Of a stretch of DNA of 64,000 nucleotides, positions 29,395 to 37,774 are shown piece by piece (within the stretch, counting starts at the first letter, position 1; every line of letters begins with the position of its first letter). A program made the position numbers and the translations under genes. Below the pieces are notes generated by a model. That model was given only the letters and a program-made list of their open reading frames with translations, searched no databases and was not told where the DNA came from. Source of the stretch: a virus (taxonomy: Duplodnaviria > Caudoviricetes); the IMG/VR virus record IMGVR_UViG_3300042542_006078. The stretch is one strand, 5' to 3'.

Positions 29395-30960
29395 TCAAGA
29401 CATGCCTAAAAGATTCTTGGCTTTAGCTTTCACTTCTTCGGCTATTTTCTGACCTGCATCGCTTTTAGCAAGTAGATCAACAACTTGGGAAAAGTAAAAA
29501 TAGACTAGAGAAACAAACTTGAATTTACCAGCTATTTCAAGGAAATCTGTGAATCCTGCTCCGTATGCCGTCAGGCCAGCAACTGTAGGACCAAGTATCG
29601 GATTTTTGATTGTGTGCTTTGCCATTCCAAGCATTGTTCCAAGTATCTTATTCAAAGATTCCAATTTCAACTTGTCCCTATCACCAGATCCAATTCCCTT
29701 TATTATTTCGTAAATCGCCAATGCTGCGGCGATTTTCTTACCAGTCAATTCAATCATCTTTGAATAACCAAACAAGAAATCAGCGCCCTTAATTGTTTTG
29801 CTTATTGTTGGATTTTTAGTGGCAAGATCGTAAACATTGGATATTTGAAGGTTTGAAAACATATCTCCAATTACATCATGCAAAGAATCAACATCTGAAA
29901 ACATATGATGAGCAGCATCTGCATAACTATGTTCCATAGCCTTGATTCGAGGCGTTCGCCAATCGCCAGATTGTGTTATCGCAGTTAAGTGGCCAAGGCT
30001 GACCCCTGTTCCAATAGTAGTTGGATCAATTATCCCCATATGTTCTTTTTCCTTGCCTATCATCTTCAATAAGTTTTTCTTAGGTCTGTATGGATTAATT
30101 TTGAACTCTTGATTGTTCACACTAAGAACGATCTCATCGCCACTACCAGACTTAACTATTTTGTTGCCAACAATTTGGCACCAGTCATTCCAAAGAACCT
30201 TTGAAATATCATCGCCATACAAATCTTGCAAAGTATCCAAGAATGCTGCATAGCCTCTCATTCCTACATTGCTGTCTTTTGCGACAACATCAAGAATTGG
30301 GTTTCCTTCTTTGTCCAAAACAACTTTCTTATTTTTTTTCCTCTTTTGCAAAGTAAATCCAGATTTTTTTTCTTTTGCTTTAATGTCTGCTCTTAACATT
30401 GTGTCATATGCTCTGGTATTCACAGAATCGATACAACCGAATTTACCAACTATCAATTGTGTTGCGAAAGCAGCCTTTGTAATTCCCAATCCCTCCACAT
30501 TTTGGTAAATGTACTTCCATATTTCAAATTCAGATGAAGTGCTAAGTGATGTGGTTTCACCTTTCATGAGTCGCATGATATTGCTAAAAATGGAATTTTT
30601 ATTTTTCCACAAATCAGCGATATAGAAAGCTTGATTTGGTCTTTTTTTGTTTGCGCCTATCATGTTTGCATATTTGTGGAAAGGCTGTAATTTATAATTC
30701 CAATTGTCGGTCCTTACTGCATCTTCAAAAATCCATTTCAAGAATTCAGGGAATGTTTGCCTTACAATCTGCCACTCTTTCTGAATTGTATAAAACACGA
30801 AAGCAAACACGATGAACATGTTCGTAGAATTGCTTTTTGCAAATTCATTTATTTTTGGGTTATGCAAGCAAAAACCGCTTACTTCTGAATCTCTTTTTTG
30901 ACCCAAAGTGATTAAAGTATCTTCTTCGGCAATTAGCCAATCTTTGAAATTAATGTTCAT
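29395..30960 (-). CDS. FxxW-leader protein with HhH-GPD glycosylase-like motif
   Basis: MNINFKDWLIAEE; VEGLGITKAAFATQLIVGKFGCIDSVNTR resembles an HhH hairpin plus catalytic Asp. Confidence 0.55.
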   Translation of the reverse strand: MNINFKDWLIAEEDTLITLGQKRDSEVSGFCLHNPKINEFAKSNSTNMFIVFAFVFYTIQKEWQIVRQTFPEFLKWIFEDAVRTDNWNYKLQPFHKYANMIGANKKRPNQAFYIADLWKNKNSIFSNIMRLMKGETTSLSTSSEFEIWKYIYQNVEGLGITKAAFATQLIVGKFGCIDSVNTRAYDTMLRADIKAKEKKSGFTLQKRKKNKKVVLDKEGNPILDVVAKDSNVGMRGYAAFLDTLQDLYGDDISKVLWNDWCQIVGNKIVKSGSGDEIVLSVNNQEFKINPYRPKKNLLKMIGKEKEHMGIIDPTTIGTGVSLGHLTAITQSGDWRTPRIKAMEHSYADAAHHMFSDVDSLHDVIGDMFSNLQISNVYDLATKNPTISKTIKGADFLFGYSKMIELTGKKIAAALAIYEIIKGIGSGDRDKLKLESLNKILGTMLGMAKHTIKNPILGPTVAGLTAYGAGFTDFLEIAGKFKFVSLVYFYFSQVVDLLAKSDAGQKIAEEVKAKAKNLLGMS

Positions 30961-31883
30961 GAAATATTTAGCGATTCTTTTAGAAAATTATGGAAATTTT
31001 CAGGGCAAAACCATTTTTCCCATGTTTGTCTTGCAGCTATTGAAGCTTGTATCAAATTCCTTTTTTCTTTGAATTCATATATTTTCTGAGGTATTGAATC
31101 TATTTCGCTTTCTTTTACTCTTAAAACAAATTCGTCGTAATTAATTTTATGCTCAATCGGCAGTTTTGTTTCATCAGAGATTAAAATAGGAATCCTGCCA
31201 GAAGCGATTGTTTCAAAAAATCTTACAGATGACATGCCAAACCCTTTTGGGCATAGAACGAATTTGCTCATTTGTATCAAGCCGATATAATTTCTTTCTA
31301 TTTCTTCTGTTTCTCTTCCCATAAATTTTTCAAACCAATAGCGTTTATTTATCACGACATTTTTCAAGCCAGAAACAGAATTGGCAGCTTTTTTCCTGAT
31401 TTCATTGCAAAAGTATCCTTGAAAAGAAACATCGTAGTGGGCAAGGTCTATAGAAGAAATTAATTTCGGCACTTCAACAATTGGCTGATAATACAAACAC
31501 TTGTTTTTACTTGATTTGTTTACAGAAAAGGCAAAGACAATTGAATTTTCTAATGTTTTGATTGGTCTTGTTTCATCAGATCCAACAAAAAATATGTGCT
31601 TCTCGGGTTTGTGTTTGAAAAAAGCCAGATTTTCAGACAAGTGATTAAAAAGTTCTTTTTCGTCTTTTAGATGATGTGTGTGGATTATTAAATAAGGCAC
31701 AAGGAAATAATCACATTCAGATGGACTGTAGTTGGGTATTGAACTAATTTTTCCTATGTGGTGATAAGAATTGTTGAGTTTTGGCTTTTTTCCAATGTTT
31801 TTTTCATCAAATGGAGTGCAACACCATTCAGAGTTGTGGGTTCTTTCATTTAGGGATAAGCGATCATAGACATGAAATTTCAT
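30957..31883 (-). CDS. Exostosin family (GT47) glycosyltransferase
   Basis: YDVSFQG, SKFVLCPKGFGMSSVRFFETIASGRIPILISD. Confidence 0.9.
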   Translation of the reverse strand: MKFHVYDRLSLNERTHNSEWCCTPFDEKNIGKKPKLNNSYHHIGKISSIPNYSPSECDYFLVPYLIIHTHHLKDEKELFNHLSENLAFFKHKPEKHIFFVGSDETRPIKTLENSIVFAFSVNKSSKNKCLYYQPIVEVPKLISSIDLAHYDVSFQGYFCNEIRKKAANSVSGLKNVVINKRYWFEKFMGRETEEIERNYIGLIQMSKFVLCPKGFGMSSVRFFETIASGRIPILISDETKLPIEHKINYDEFVLRVKESEIDSIPQKIYEFKEKRNLIQASIAARQTWEKWFCPENFHNFLKESLNIS

Positions 31884-31906
31884 GTCTTATTATAGTATGT
31901 TGACAT

Positions 31907-32063
31907 GCTAGATGACGGCGCAGGCATCGAGGCCGTAATCCTGCCTCGATTGTGTTGGTATGGTCATCTCAGGCAAGGAGCAGCCCTCAACAACGACCAT
32001 CGTGTTAGATACAAGGGCCAATGGACAAAACCCATGATCTCAACCCGCACTCTGTCATCTAGC
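31907..32063 (+). ncRNA. Candidate structured ncRNA, about 157 nt
   Basis: 12-bp closing stem GCUAGAUGACGG/CUGUCAUCUAGC, internal hairpins, TATAGT just upstream, T-run after, no ORF. Confidence 0.5.
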
Positions 32064-32100
32064 TTTTAAGAAGCTACTATGATTTGCTATTGGAATAAAG

Positions 32101-32128
32101 AAAAACCCCTTCATTTCTGAAGGGGTTT
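32101..32128 (-). terminator. Terminator immediately 3' of the tRNA
   Basis: aaaccccttca-gaaa-tgaaggggttttt on the minus strand. Confidence 0.8.
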
Positions 32129-32129
32129 A

Positions 32130-32430
32130 TGGGATCGGTGGGGATTGCACCCACGACCTAAGCGTTATCATACCACTTCGGCTTTCGCCGCCATCTTGCG
32201 ATGTTCGTGGTCTGGACTATGTCACAACCATGCCTTGCGGTTTAGGTCCACCCCCCATAGTCTCTACACACGCCAGACGATTTCTCGTCCGCTTGGCTCG
32301 GCGTTGCCACGGGATTGATCCCAGAGGTTTCACCGAATTCGGGGCGATCCGATAGGCAGTTTCCCAACCTATCGCTCATAAGGTCTGAAGACCATTCAAG
32401 CACTCCGCTCTCCTACTGAGCTACGATCCC
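32130..32430 (-). tRNA. tRNA-Ile(UAU) interrupted by a group I intron after U34; CCA not encoded
   Basis: Exons 32430-32398 and 32168-32130 join into GGGATCG-TA-GCTC..GAGC-G-GAGTG-CTTATAA-CGCTT-AGGTC-GTGGG-TGCAATC-CCCAC-CGATCCC-A, a complete cloverleaf. Confidence 0.9.
32169..32397 (-). ncRNA. Group I self-splicing intron, IC3/Azoarcus-like, 229 nt, no ORF
   Basis: Terminal G; IGS UUAUGAGCG pairs with the 5' exon UGCUU (U.G at the splice site) and the 3' exon AUAA; core AAUUCGGUGAAACC, GGCAACGCCGAGCCAAGC, GUGUAGAGACUAU/CAUAGUCC (P7). Confidence 0.92.
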
Positions 32431-32516
32431 AATAGTCAATCCAGAGCAGATTGAATTGACTACAACCCTATTATTGTTAATTCAAAACAAAAGTCAAGCG
32501 AGATTATATATAAATC

Positions 32517-33242
32517 ATGATGAATTTCAGGGCATATTTTGAAAAAGTCGAATTGACTCTCAAATACCACGATGATTTGAATCCATCTTTTTGGAAGAAT
32601 GGAATTCTTGACTCAGATGTTAGGGATCATTTGCTCGACATAGCTGAATTCTTTCGTGATTATGCTAATATTCCCAAAGATGCGGTCAAGGACATAATCT
32701 TCACTGGAGGCAACGCAAACTACAATTACACCGAGTTTTCCGATGTTGATGTTCATCTGATAATTGACAAGAAAAAGCTCAAGGTTTGCGATCCTGAAAT
32801 CATGGATGATTATCTTAGTGATAAAAAAGCCTTAATAGCTCTTACTCACAATATCAAGATAAAAGGATTTCCTGTTGAGTTGTATGCACAAGATGAGAAA
32901 CAAGCCACATCATCTGACCAAGGAGTATTCAGTTTGAAAGACAATAAATGGATTAAAAAACCAGCCAAGAAACAAATTAATCTAAGAGATCCCTATCTTG
33001 TTAAAAAGATAAAAGATATTGAAAATCAAATTAAAAGATTCATTGACGGTAAATCAAAAGATGTTAAAGAGATGGATGACTATAAAGAAAAATTGAGAAA
33101 AATGCGAGGATCAGCAGTTCAGCATGGAGGAGAATTCAGTTTGGAAAATTTGGCATTCAAAGAATTGAGAAATAGAGGACTTCTTGAGAAGTTTTCTGAC
33201 TATATTAAGGATGTCGAAGACAACAGGCTCACTCTTAAATAA
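32517..33242 (+). CDS. Pol-beta-superfamily nucleotidyltransferase
   Basis: IIFTGGNANYNYTEFSDVDVH (hG[GS]x9-13DxD) and PVELY; N-terminus MMNFRAYFE. Confidence 0.85.
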   Translation: MMNFRAYFEKVELTLKYHDDLNPSFWKNGILDSDVRDHLLDIAEFFRDYANIPKDAVKDIIFTGGNANYNYTEFSDVDVHLIIDKKKLKVCDPEIMDDYLSDKKALIALTHNIKIKGFPVELYAQDEKQATSSDQGVFSLKDNKWIKKPAKKQINLRDPYLVKKIKDIENQIKRFIDGKSKDVKEMDDYKEKLRKMRGSAVQHGGEFSLENLAFKELRNRGLLEKFSDYIKDVEDNRLTLK

Positions 33243-33267
33243 TTTATTTTAATCACATAGAGGTAAA

Positions 33268-33945
33268 ATGTTAACTAATTATCGAGATTGGAGAAGAAAA
33301 TTTAGGGAAGATTTTGCATCTTCTTTCCCCAATTCAAAAAGAAAATGGGTTTCCATAGAAAAGTCCCATATAATCGAAGATCCTGATTTGGCTCAACAAA
33401 TTTTTGATCTTATTGATGATGCCTACAAAGGAATAGGCGGAAATGCCAATATTAGGTCGAAACATGATTTAACTAGCGAGTTTTTGAAGGGCGATCTTTC
33501 AGTAGTGAAGGCTATTGATTTGGATGACGATTCTGATCCAGATGCTGTGATTGGCTATAAGCGCACAGACAAAGGCAATAAGGCTGTTCTTTCGGCAGCT
33601 AAAGGATCGAGCGAAGAAGCTAAAAAATTATTGATTGACAAAAAGAAAGAGGAATTCAATAAAGGTGACGCTTATGGCGAAGTGTCTGGACCTCTTGCTA
33701 AGAAATTAATTGATGCTACAGTTCCTGTGATAGAGGACGAGGAAACTGTTAGGAGCATGTTGCCCGGCAAAAATATCATATGGCACGGTGAACATCCAGA
33801 GCTTGCAACTTTGCCACCTAAAATAGCAGCAACATTTGGCAAGCATAAAGGTTGGTACACTAGGTTGATTGGTGGACACCCTCATACAAAATTGATGATA
33901 GGCTTGAGAAATAAGCCCGGCCAAGTAACTGAAATTGGCGACTGA
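33268..33945 (+). CDS. Phage hypothetical protein with YRDW leader
   Basis: MLTNYRDWRRKFRE; GAGG RBS. Confidence 0.7.
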   Translation: MLTNYRDWRRKFREDFASSFPNSKRKWVSIEKSHIIEDPDLAQQIFDLIDDAYKGIGGNANIRSKHDLTSEFLKGDLSVVKAIDLDDDSDPDAVIGYKRTDKGNKAVLSAAKGSSEEAKKLLIDKKKEEFNKGDAYGEVSGPLAKKLIDATVPVIEDEETVRSMLPGKNIIWHGEHPELATLPPKIAATFGKHKGWYTRLIGGHPHTKLMIGLRNKPGQVTEIGD

Positions 33946-33965
33946 TTACCAATTTTCTAAAATTA

Positions 33966-34817
33966 TCATCGTAAGTCTCCGTAATGTGTGGTCGGAACTG
34001 TAAATTTTGGATCAATGAAATTGTTAGATCTCATGTGTTTTGCGATTTTGTTTTGAACAGCTAAAAGTTGATTGTAAATACTTTGCCTGCTGAATGGCTT
34101 ATTTGTTTTCGTATTTATAAATTGCCTTTGGTATTCTTCGTACCAAAGGCAATCTATTCTTCTGTTTACGAAACAGCGCAACATGCATTCTTCTTTAGGA
34201 CTTAGTTTGCATTTATAAATCAGATTGTTAAGTTCGCTATCAAAGTTATTACCGCATTCAGTTTCGATATGCTTTGAGAAATTATTGAAGTTGAATGTTT
34301 CTGAATCAAAACTTGATTCATAATAAAGATTAAAGTTTTTTCTTCTTTCTTTCTTTAGTTTATTCTTATTGAGTTGCCCTTTGATTCTCATAAAGATTGC
34401 TTTATGGACGAATGTAGTAAATGATGCTTTGATCTTATAAGTGCGATATTGCCATGTGGCAGAACGAATTGCTAGAAATCCATCTGTAACAAATTCATCA
34501 AACTTTTCAAAATCAATTCGCATTTTATGCATGATATTAAAAATCATGGCATGATACTGTTCAGCAAGCAAGTTTTCAATTTGCTGTGCGTAAAACATGT
34601 TTTGAATATCTTTTTTGTACTCGGTTAAGTATCTCGGTTTGATTTTTTCTATTATGGATTCTGGATTCTTGTATATGCTCAGGATGAATTTCATGTAATC
34701 ACGACGAGATATTTTCATTCTTTTGCTCCATTTGAAGCAAAGATCGTTGCTTTTTTTAAGTTTTTCAAAGTCAACTAGTTCTTTGATGTTTTTCCGCATC
34801 CTGCTTACATATTCCAT
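33966..34817 (-). CDS. Divergent sigma-70-like protein
   Basis: DEFVTDGFLAIRSATWQY...ASFTTFVHKAI (region 2-like); LSPKEECMLR...SRQSIYNQL (region 4-like). Confidence 0.7.
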   Translation of the reverse strand: MEYVSRMRKNIKELVDFEKLKKSNDLCFKWSKRMKISRRDYMKFILSIYKNPESIIEKIKPRYLTEYKKDIQNMFYAQQIENLLAEQYHAMIFNIMHKMRIDFEKFDEFVTDGFLAIRSATWQYRTYKIKASFTTFVHKAIFMRIKGQLNKNKLKKERRKNFNLYYESSFDSETFNFNNFSKHIETECGNNFDSELNNLIYKCKLSPKEECMLRCFVNRRIDCLWYEEYQRQFINTKTNKPFSRQSIYNQLLAVQNKIAKHMRSNNFIDPKFTVPTTHYGDLR

Positions 34818-34859
34818 GATATTCCTCGCTCTCTCTCATAGAGTGCAGATTTTGAGTTA

Positions 34860-35309
34860 TCACGCTTCGGATTGGATTAGTTCTTCCAAACCAAAGTGAA
34901 ATGGCCAGTTAGCCCTTGATGATTCTATCTCGTCGATAATTTTTTTCAAGTAATTTCTTTTGGTGGTGTAGTAATCCATACCTCTTTGTATTTGCAATTC
35001 CTTAGGATCTTTGGCTAATCCATAAATCAATGCCCCATGTAATTCAATCATGGTATTTGATGATGAATTAATTCTATGTTCAACATCACCAACTACATGG
35101 TTTTTAATCTGTTCATCCGTCAATTCAGACTGTTGCTTAAATCTTTCGTAGTTCATGCAACGAACAATACTCAAAACTTGAGTTAAATTCAATTCAAGTA
35201 AAATCTTTGTGTCATCGGTTTCTCTTTCAATGAATATTGACTTTTCATCAAAACACTCTTGATAAATATGGTTCTTGCCGTCCCAGAAAATACTCAGTTT
35301 AGTAGACAT
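34860..35309 (-). CDS. Hypothetical protein
   Basis: 149-aa ORF with a GAGGTG RBS. Confidence 0.7.
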   Translation of the reverse strand: MSTKLSIFWDGKNHIYQECFDEKSIFIERETDDTKILLELNLTQVLSIVRCMNYERFKQQSELTDEQIKNHVVGDVEHRINSSSNTMIELHGALIYGLAKDPKELQIQRGMDYYTTKRNYLKKIIDEIESSRANWPFHFGLEELIQSEA

Positions 35310-35358
35310 AAATCACCTCAACAATCAGTCCGCCACAATGAGACGGATTTGTTTTTAA

Positions 35359-35793
35359 TTATACATCACTTTTCATGTTCTCTTTAATGCTTTTCACCTT
35401 GGAAAGCAAAGAAATAATTTTATCAATTTTCTCCTCGTTGAGAATGATGTCTCCAAAACCGTCATTTGAGTTGTGATGATTAAAAACATACTTGATTGCA
35501 TGCCAAATCCTCATCCAGATAGATTGATCTGGATTGAAGTTGATATGGAAAGATACATCGACATCAACGATTTTATCGTTTTTTTTCCACTCAAACAATT
35601 CAATGATTGCTATGTGACCGGGGCTTCCACATTCACATGTCAGGAATTCTTGGGTCGAATCACTCATGCTCATTTTTTTGATCCTTCTAATAGAGTTGAC
35701 GGGTTTCCAAGGCATTGTAAATTCATACTTCGCAATGGAATTTGGGTAAAACCTTTTATTTTTGAGGAAAAACTGGGTATTCTGGAAAGACAA
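35359..35793 (-). CDS. Hypothetical protein (true start probably internal, MSDSTQEFLTCECG)
   Basis: CECGSPGH motif and RIWHAIKYVF. Confidence 0.55.
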   Translation of the reverse strand: MSFQNTQFFLKNKRFYPNSIAKYEFTMPWKPVNSIRRIKKMSMSDSTQEFLTCECGSPGHIAIIELFEWKKNDKIVDVDVSFHINFNPDQSIWMRIWHAIKYVFNHHNSNDGFGDIILNEEKIDKIISLLSKVKSIKENMKSDV

Positions 35794-35836
35794 GATGAGT
35801 CATGGTGGCTCTTATAGATGGCTATAAAATTATAGC

Positions 35837-36172
35837 GTGGAGATTGAAATGAATAATGCTGTTAATGATGATAAGGAACACATGGAATTGTTTATCAGTA
35901 GAGTCAAAAGGATAGTCAAGATGGTGAAGCTTAATGCGCCACGCATTTTAATTTCCGGCGATATTCAGCAGGTTTACTCGATGATTCCATCGATTTTGAA
36001 AGAAATAAGCGAAGAAAATCATGTTGATAAAAATAAAATAGCATTCAATGTCGCTTGTCAGAAAAACAAACTAAGGATTTGCGCCAAAGAAGAATGCGTC
36101 AATGAAATTGCACATCTGGAAAAAAATAAAATTGGCATCCAGTTGTGTTATATTTGTCAAAGCAAAAAATAA
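35837..36172 (+). CDS. Hypothetical protein with C-terminal Cys pairs
   Basis: CAKEEC...CYIC. Confidence 0.55.
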   Translation: MEIEMNNAVNDDKEHMELFISRVKRIVKMVKLNAPRILISGDIQQVYSMIPSILKEISEENHVDKNKIAFNVACQKNKLRICAKEECVNEIAHLEKNKIGIQLCYICQSKK

Positions 36173-36247
36173 GCAAAAAATCTATCTTTGCTTGTGAATA
36201 ATTCTCTCCACATTCCTAAATAATTAGAAATGTGGAGAGATTTTTTT

Positions 36248-37300
36248 ATGAATAAGTTCAAAAGCTGGTTGTTAGATCGTGACACTAATCTTCTGGAAAC
36301 CATGTCCAGAGAAAAAATGATGGAAGATGATCTTGATGCCTTGAATTATGCAAAAAAGCAAAAAAGACAAGAAAAAGAACTTGATGAAAAAATTCGTATA
36401 ATTAAGTATCTTGCTAAAATTAAGAAAAAAATAGAACAATTCGTTGACGCACACGACAAAGGCGCTCAAGCTCTTAAGCTGATAGCAGCATCTTTGTTGA
36501 CTCACGAAAAGGGCAGAGAAGGCATTAAAACCCATGTTCGTCATGTTTATAGCAAGGATTTGAAAAGCCTCAAAGACTTGCAGAAGATTTTCACTCATGA
36601 AAACTTGATCAAGCTTTTCCACGATGTTGATGCTCTCCACTCTTTGAGCATGATATTGGATTCCGATTTTGAAAGTCATGTCGGCAATTTGGAAAAAGAT
36701 TCTCAACACGGTCATATTGATCATTCACATGGCGAGTTGGGCAAAAAATTTGCAAGTTTTGTTGTGAGCCATATCAAGCATGCTGCTGACGATGTTTTAG
36801 CATCATTCCTTCAAGATCATAATAAAGATGAAGGTCAAGACGACGATGTTCCTCAAGATCAGGAATCTGGCGATGAAGCCGTTCCAGATATGTCTGCTGA
36901 TGAAATGAATCCTGATATGGAAGTAGGCGGTTCAGCACAAGATGCAGGTCAAATGGGTCAGGATGCAGGTCAAATGGGCCAAGATGCAGGTCAAATGGGT
37001 CAGGATGCAGGTCAAATGGGTCAAGATGCAGGTCAAATGGGCCAAGATGCAGGCCAAATGGGTCAGGATGCAGGCCAAATGGGCCAAGATGCAGGCCAAA
37101 TGGGCCAAGATGCAGGCCAAATGGATCAGGATGCAGGCCAAATGGATCAGGATGGATCTTCAGAAGACAATGCTTTGATGCCACCTGTTGGTATGGCCGC
37201 TCCTCAAAGACCTGCTGGCGCAGAAGGTGCAGAAGGTGCAGAAGGTGCAGAAGGTGCAGAAGAAGATGAAACGCAAACAGCAGCAGCACCATCTGTGTAA
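36248..37300 (+). CDS. FxxW-leader protein with acidic low-complexity repeat tail
   Basis: MNKFKSWLLDRD after a GGAG RBS; (QDAGQM[G/D])x10 and (AEG)x4. Confidence 0.8.
   Translation: MNKFKSWLLDRDTNLLETMSREKMMEDDLDALNYAKKQKRQEKELDEKIRIIKYLAKIKKKIEQFVDAHDKGAQALKLIAASLLTHEKGREGIKTHVRHVYSKDLKSLKDLQKIFTHENLIKLFHDVDALHSLSMILDSDFESHVGNLEKDSQHGHIDHSHGELGKKFASFVVSHIKHAADDVLASFLQDHNKDEGQDDDVPQDQESGDEAVPDMSADEMNPDMEVGGSAQDAGQMGQDAGQMGQDAGQMGQDAGQMGQDAGQMGQDAGQMGQDAGQMGQDAGQMGQDAGQMDQDAGQMDQDGSSEDNALMPPVGMAAPQRPAGAEGAEGAEGAEGAEEDETQTAAAPSV
36938..37147 (+). repeat. 21-bp tandem repeat x10 (QDAGQMG)
   Basis: ca[a/g]gatgcagg[t/c]caaatgg[g/a][t/c]. Confidence 0.95.
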
Positions 37301-37321
37301 TTTGTGACATAAAGGAGAAAA

Positions 37322-37582
37322 ATGAAGGAACTACTCTATCTTTCTGGCGTTATCAATGAAAGCCAGTTTCATGAATCTAAGGGAAAAGATGGAATCAAGC
37401 ATTACATGTTTTTTTCCAATCTTAAAACAATCAAAGATATGGTTGATGAAATCTTAAAAATGGATCAAAAGATGATCGACAAATCTTTGGATGATGGACA
37501 TGATTGGGCTAGCGATCACATTACAAGCAGCAGGGACGACATTGAAGAAGTTCATAATTGGGTTAAAAGCAGAATAAAGTAG
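37322..37582 (+). CDS. Small phage protein with LSG..E leader
   Basis: MKELLYLSGVINESQFHE; YMFFSNL...GHDWASDHI; AAGGAG RBS. Confidence 0.75.
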   Translation: MKELLYLSGVINESQFHESKGKDGIKHYMFFSNLKTIKDMVDEILKMDQKMIDKSLDDGHDWASDHITSSRDDIEEVHNWVKSRIK

Positions 37583-37614
37583 TTGTGAAAAATGTCTCAT
37601 AACTATAACAATTT

Positions 37615-37750
37615 GTTGGTTGTTCCGATAATGGTAGTCGTTTTAGCACTTTCCTGACTCGGTATCGGTTTATGTGAGAGGCGAAGATTAAGTGCGCCAG
37701 CCACACAACAGCCAACTAAAACATCGCTCTAAAAAGAGCGATGTTTTTTT
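37615..37750 (+). ncRNA. Candidate pseudoknotted ncRNA or riboswitch-like leader with terminator
   Basis: P1 10 bp, P2 6+5 bp, P3 4+4 bp, loop-loop CACUU/AAGUG, then hairpin aaaacatcgctc-taaaaa-gagcgatgtttt with a T-tract. Confidence 0.55.
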
Positions 37751-37774
37751 ATGTCTTTTTTACTTTATTATGCC

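Noticed and set aside
31960-32000. Firm SRP RNA call
   Set aside because: CAGG and AGCAGC are present but the stem and GNRA loop between them are missing; left as an unclassified candidate
32130-32430. tRNA-Ile(GAU) reading of the split tRNA
   Set aside because: It would need an intron ending in U; the terminal-G rule and P1/P10 pairing both give UAU
36938-37147. 21-bp array as a CRISPR array
   Set aside because: Units are contiguous with no spacers, in frame and vary synonymously; no cas genes in the window
36774-37310. Repetitive ORFs 36774..37310(-), 36932..37141(-) and 36942..37178(+)
   Set aside because: Alternative-frame translations of the 21-bp repeat
37592-37657. Short ORF (MSHNYNNLLV...) overlapping the candidate ncRNA
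   Set aside because: No RBS, about 21 codons, and the extensive RNA pairing explains the sequence better
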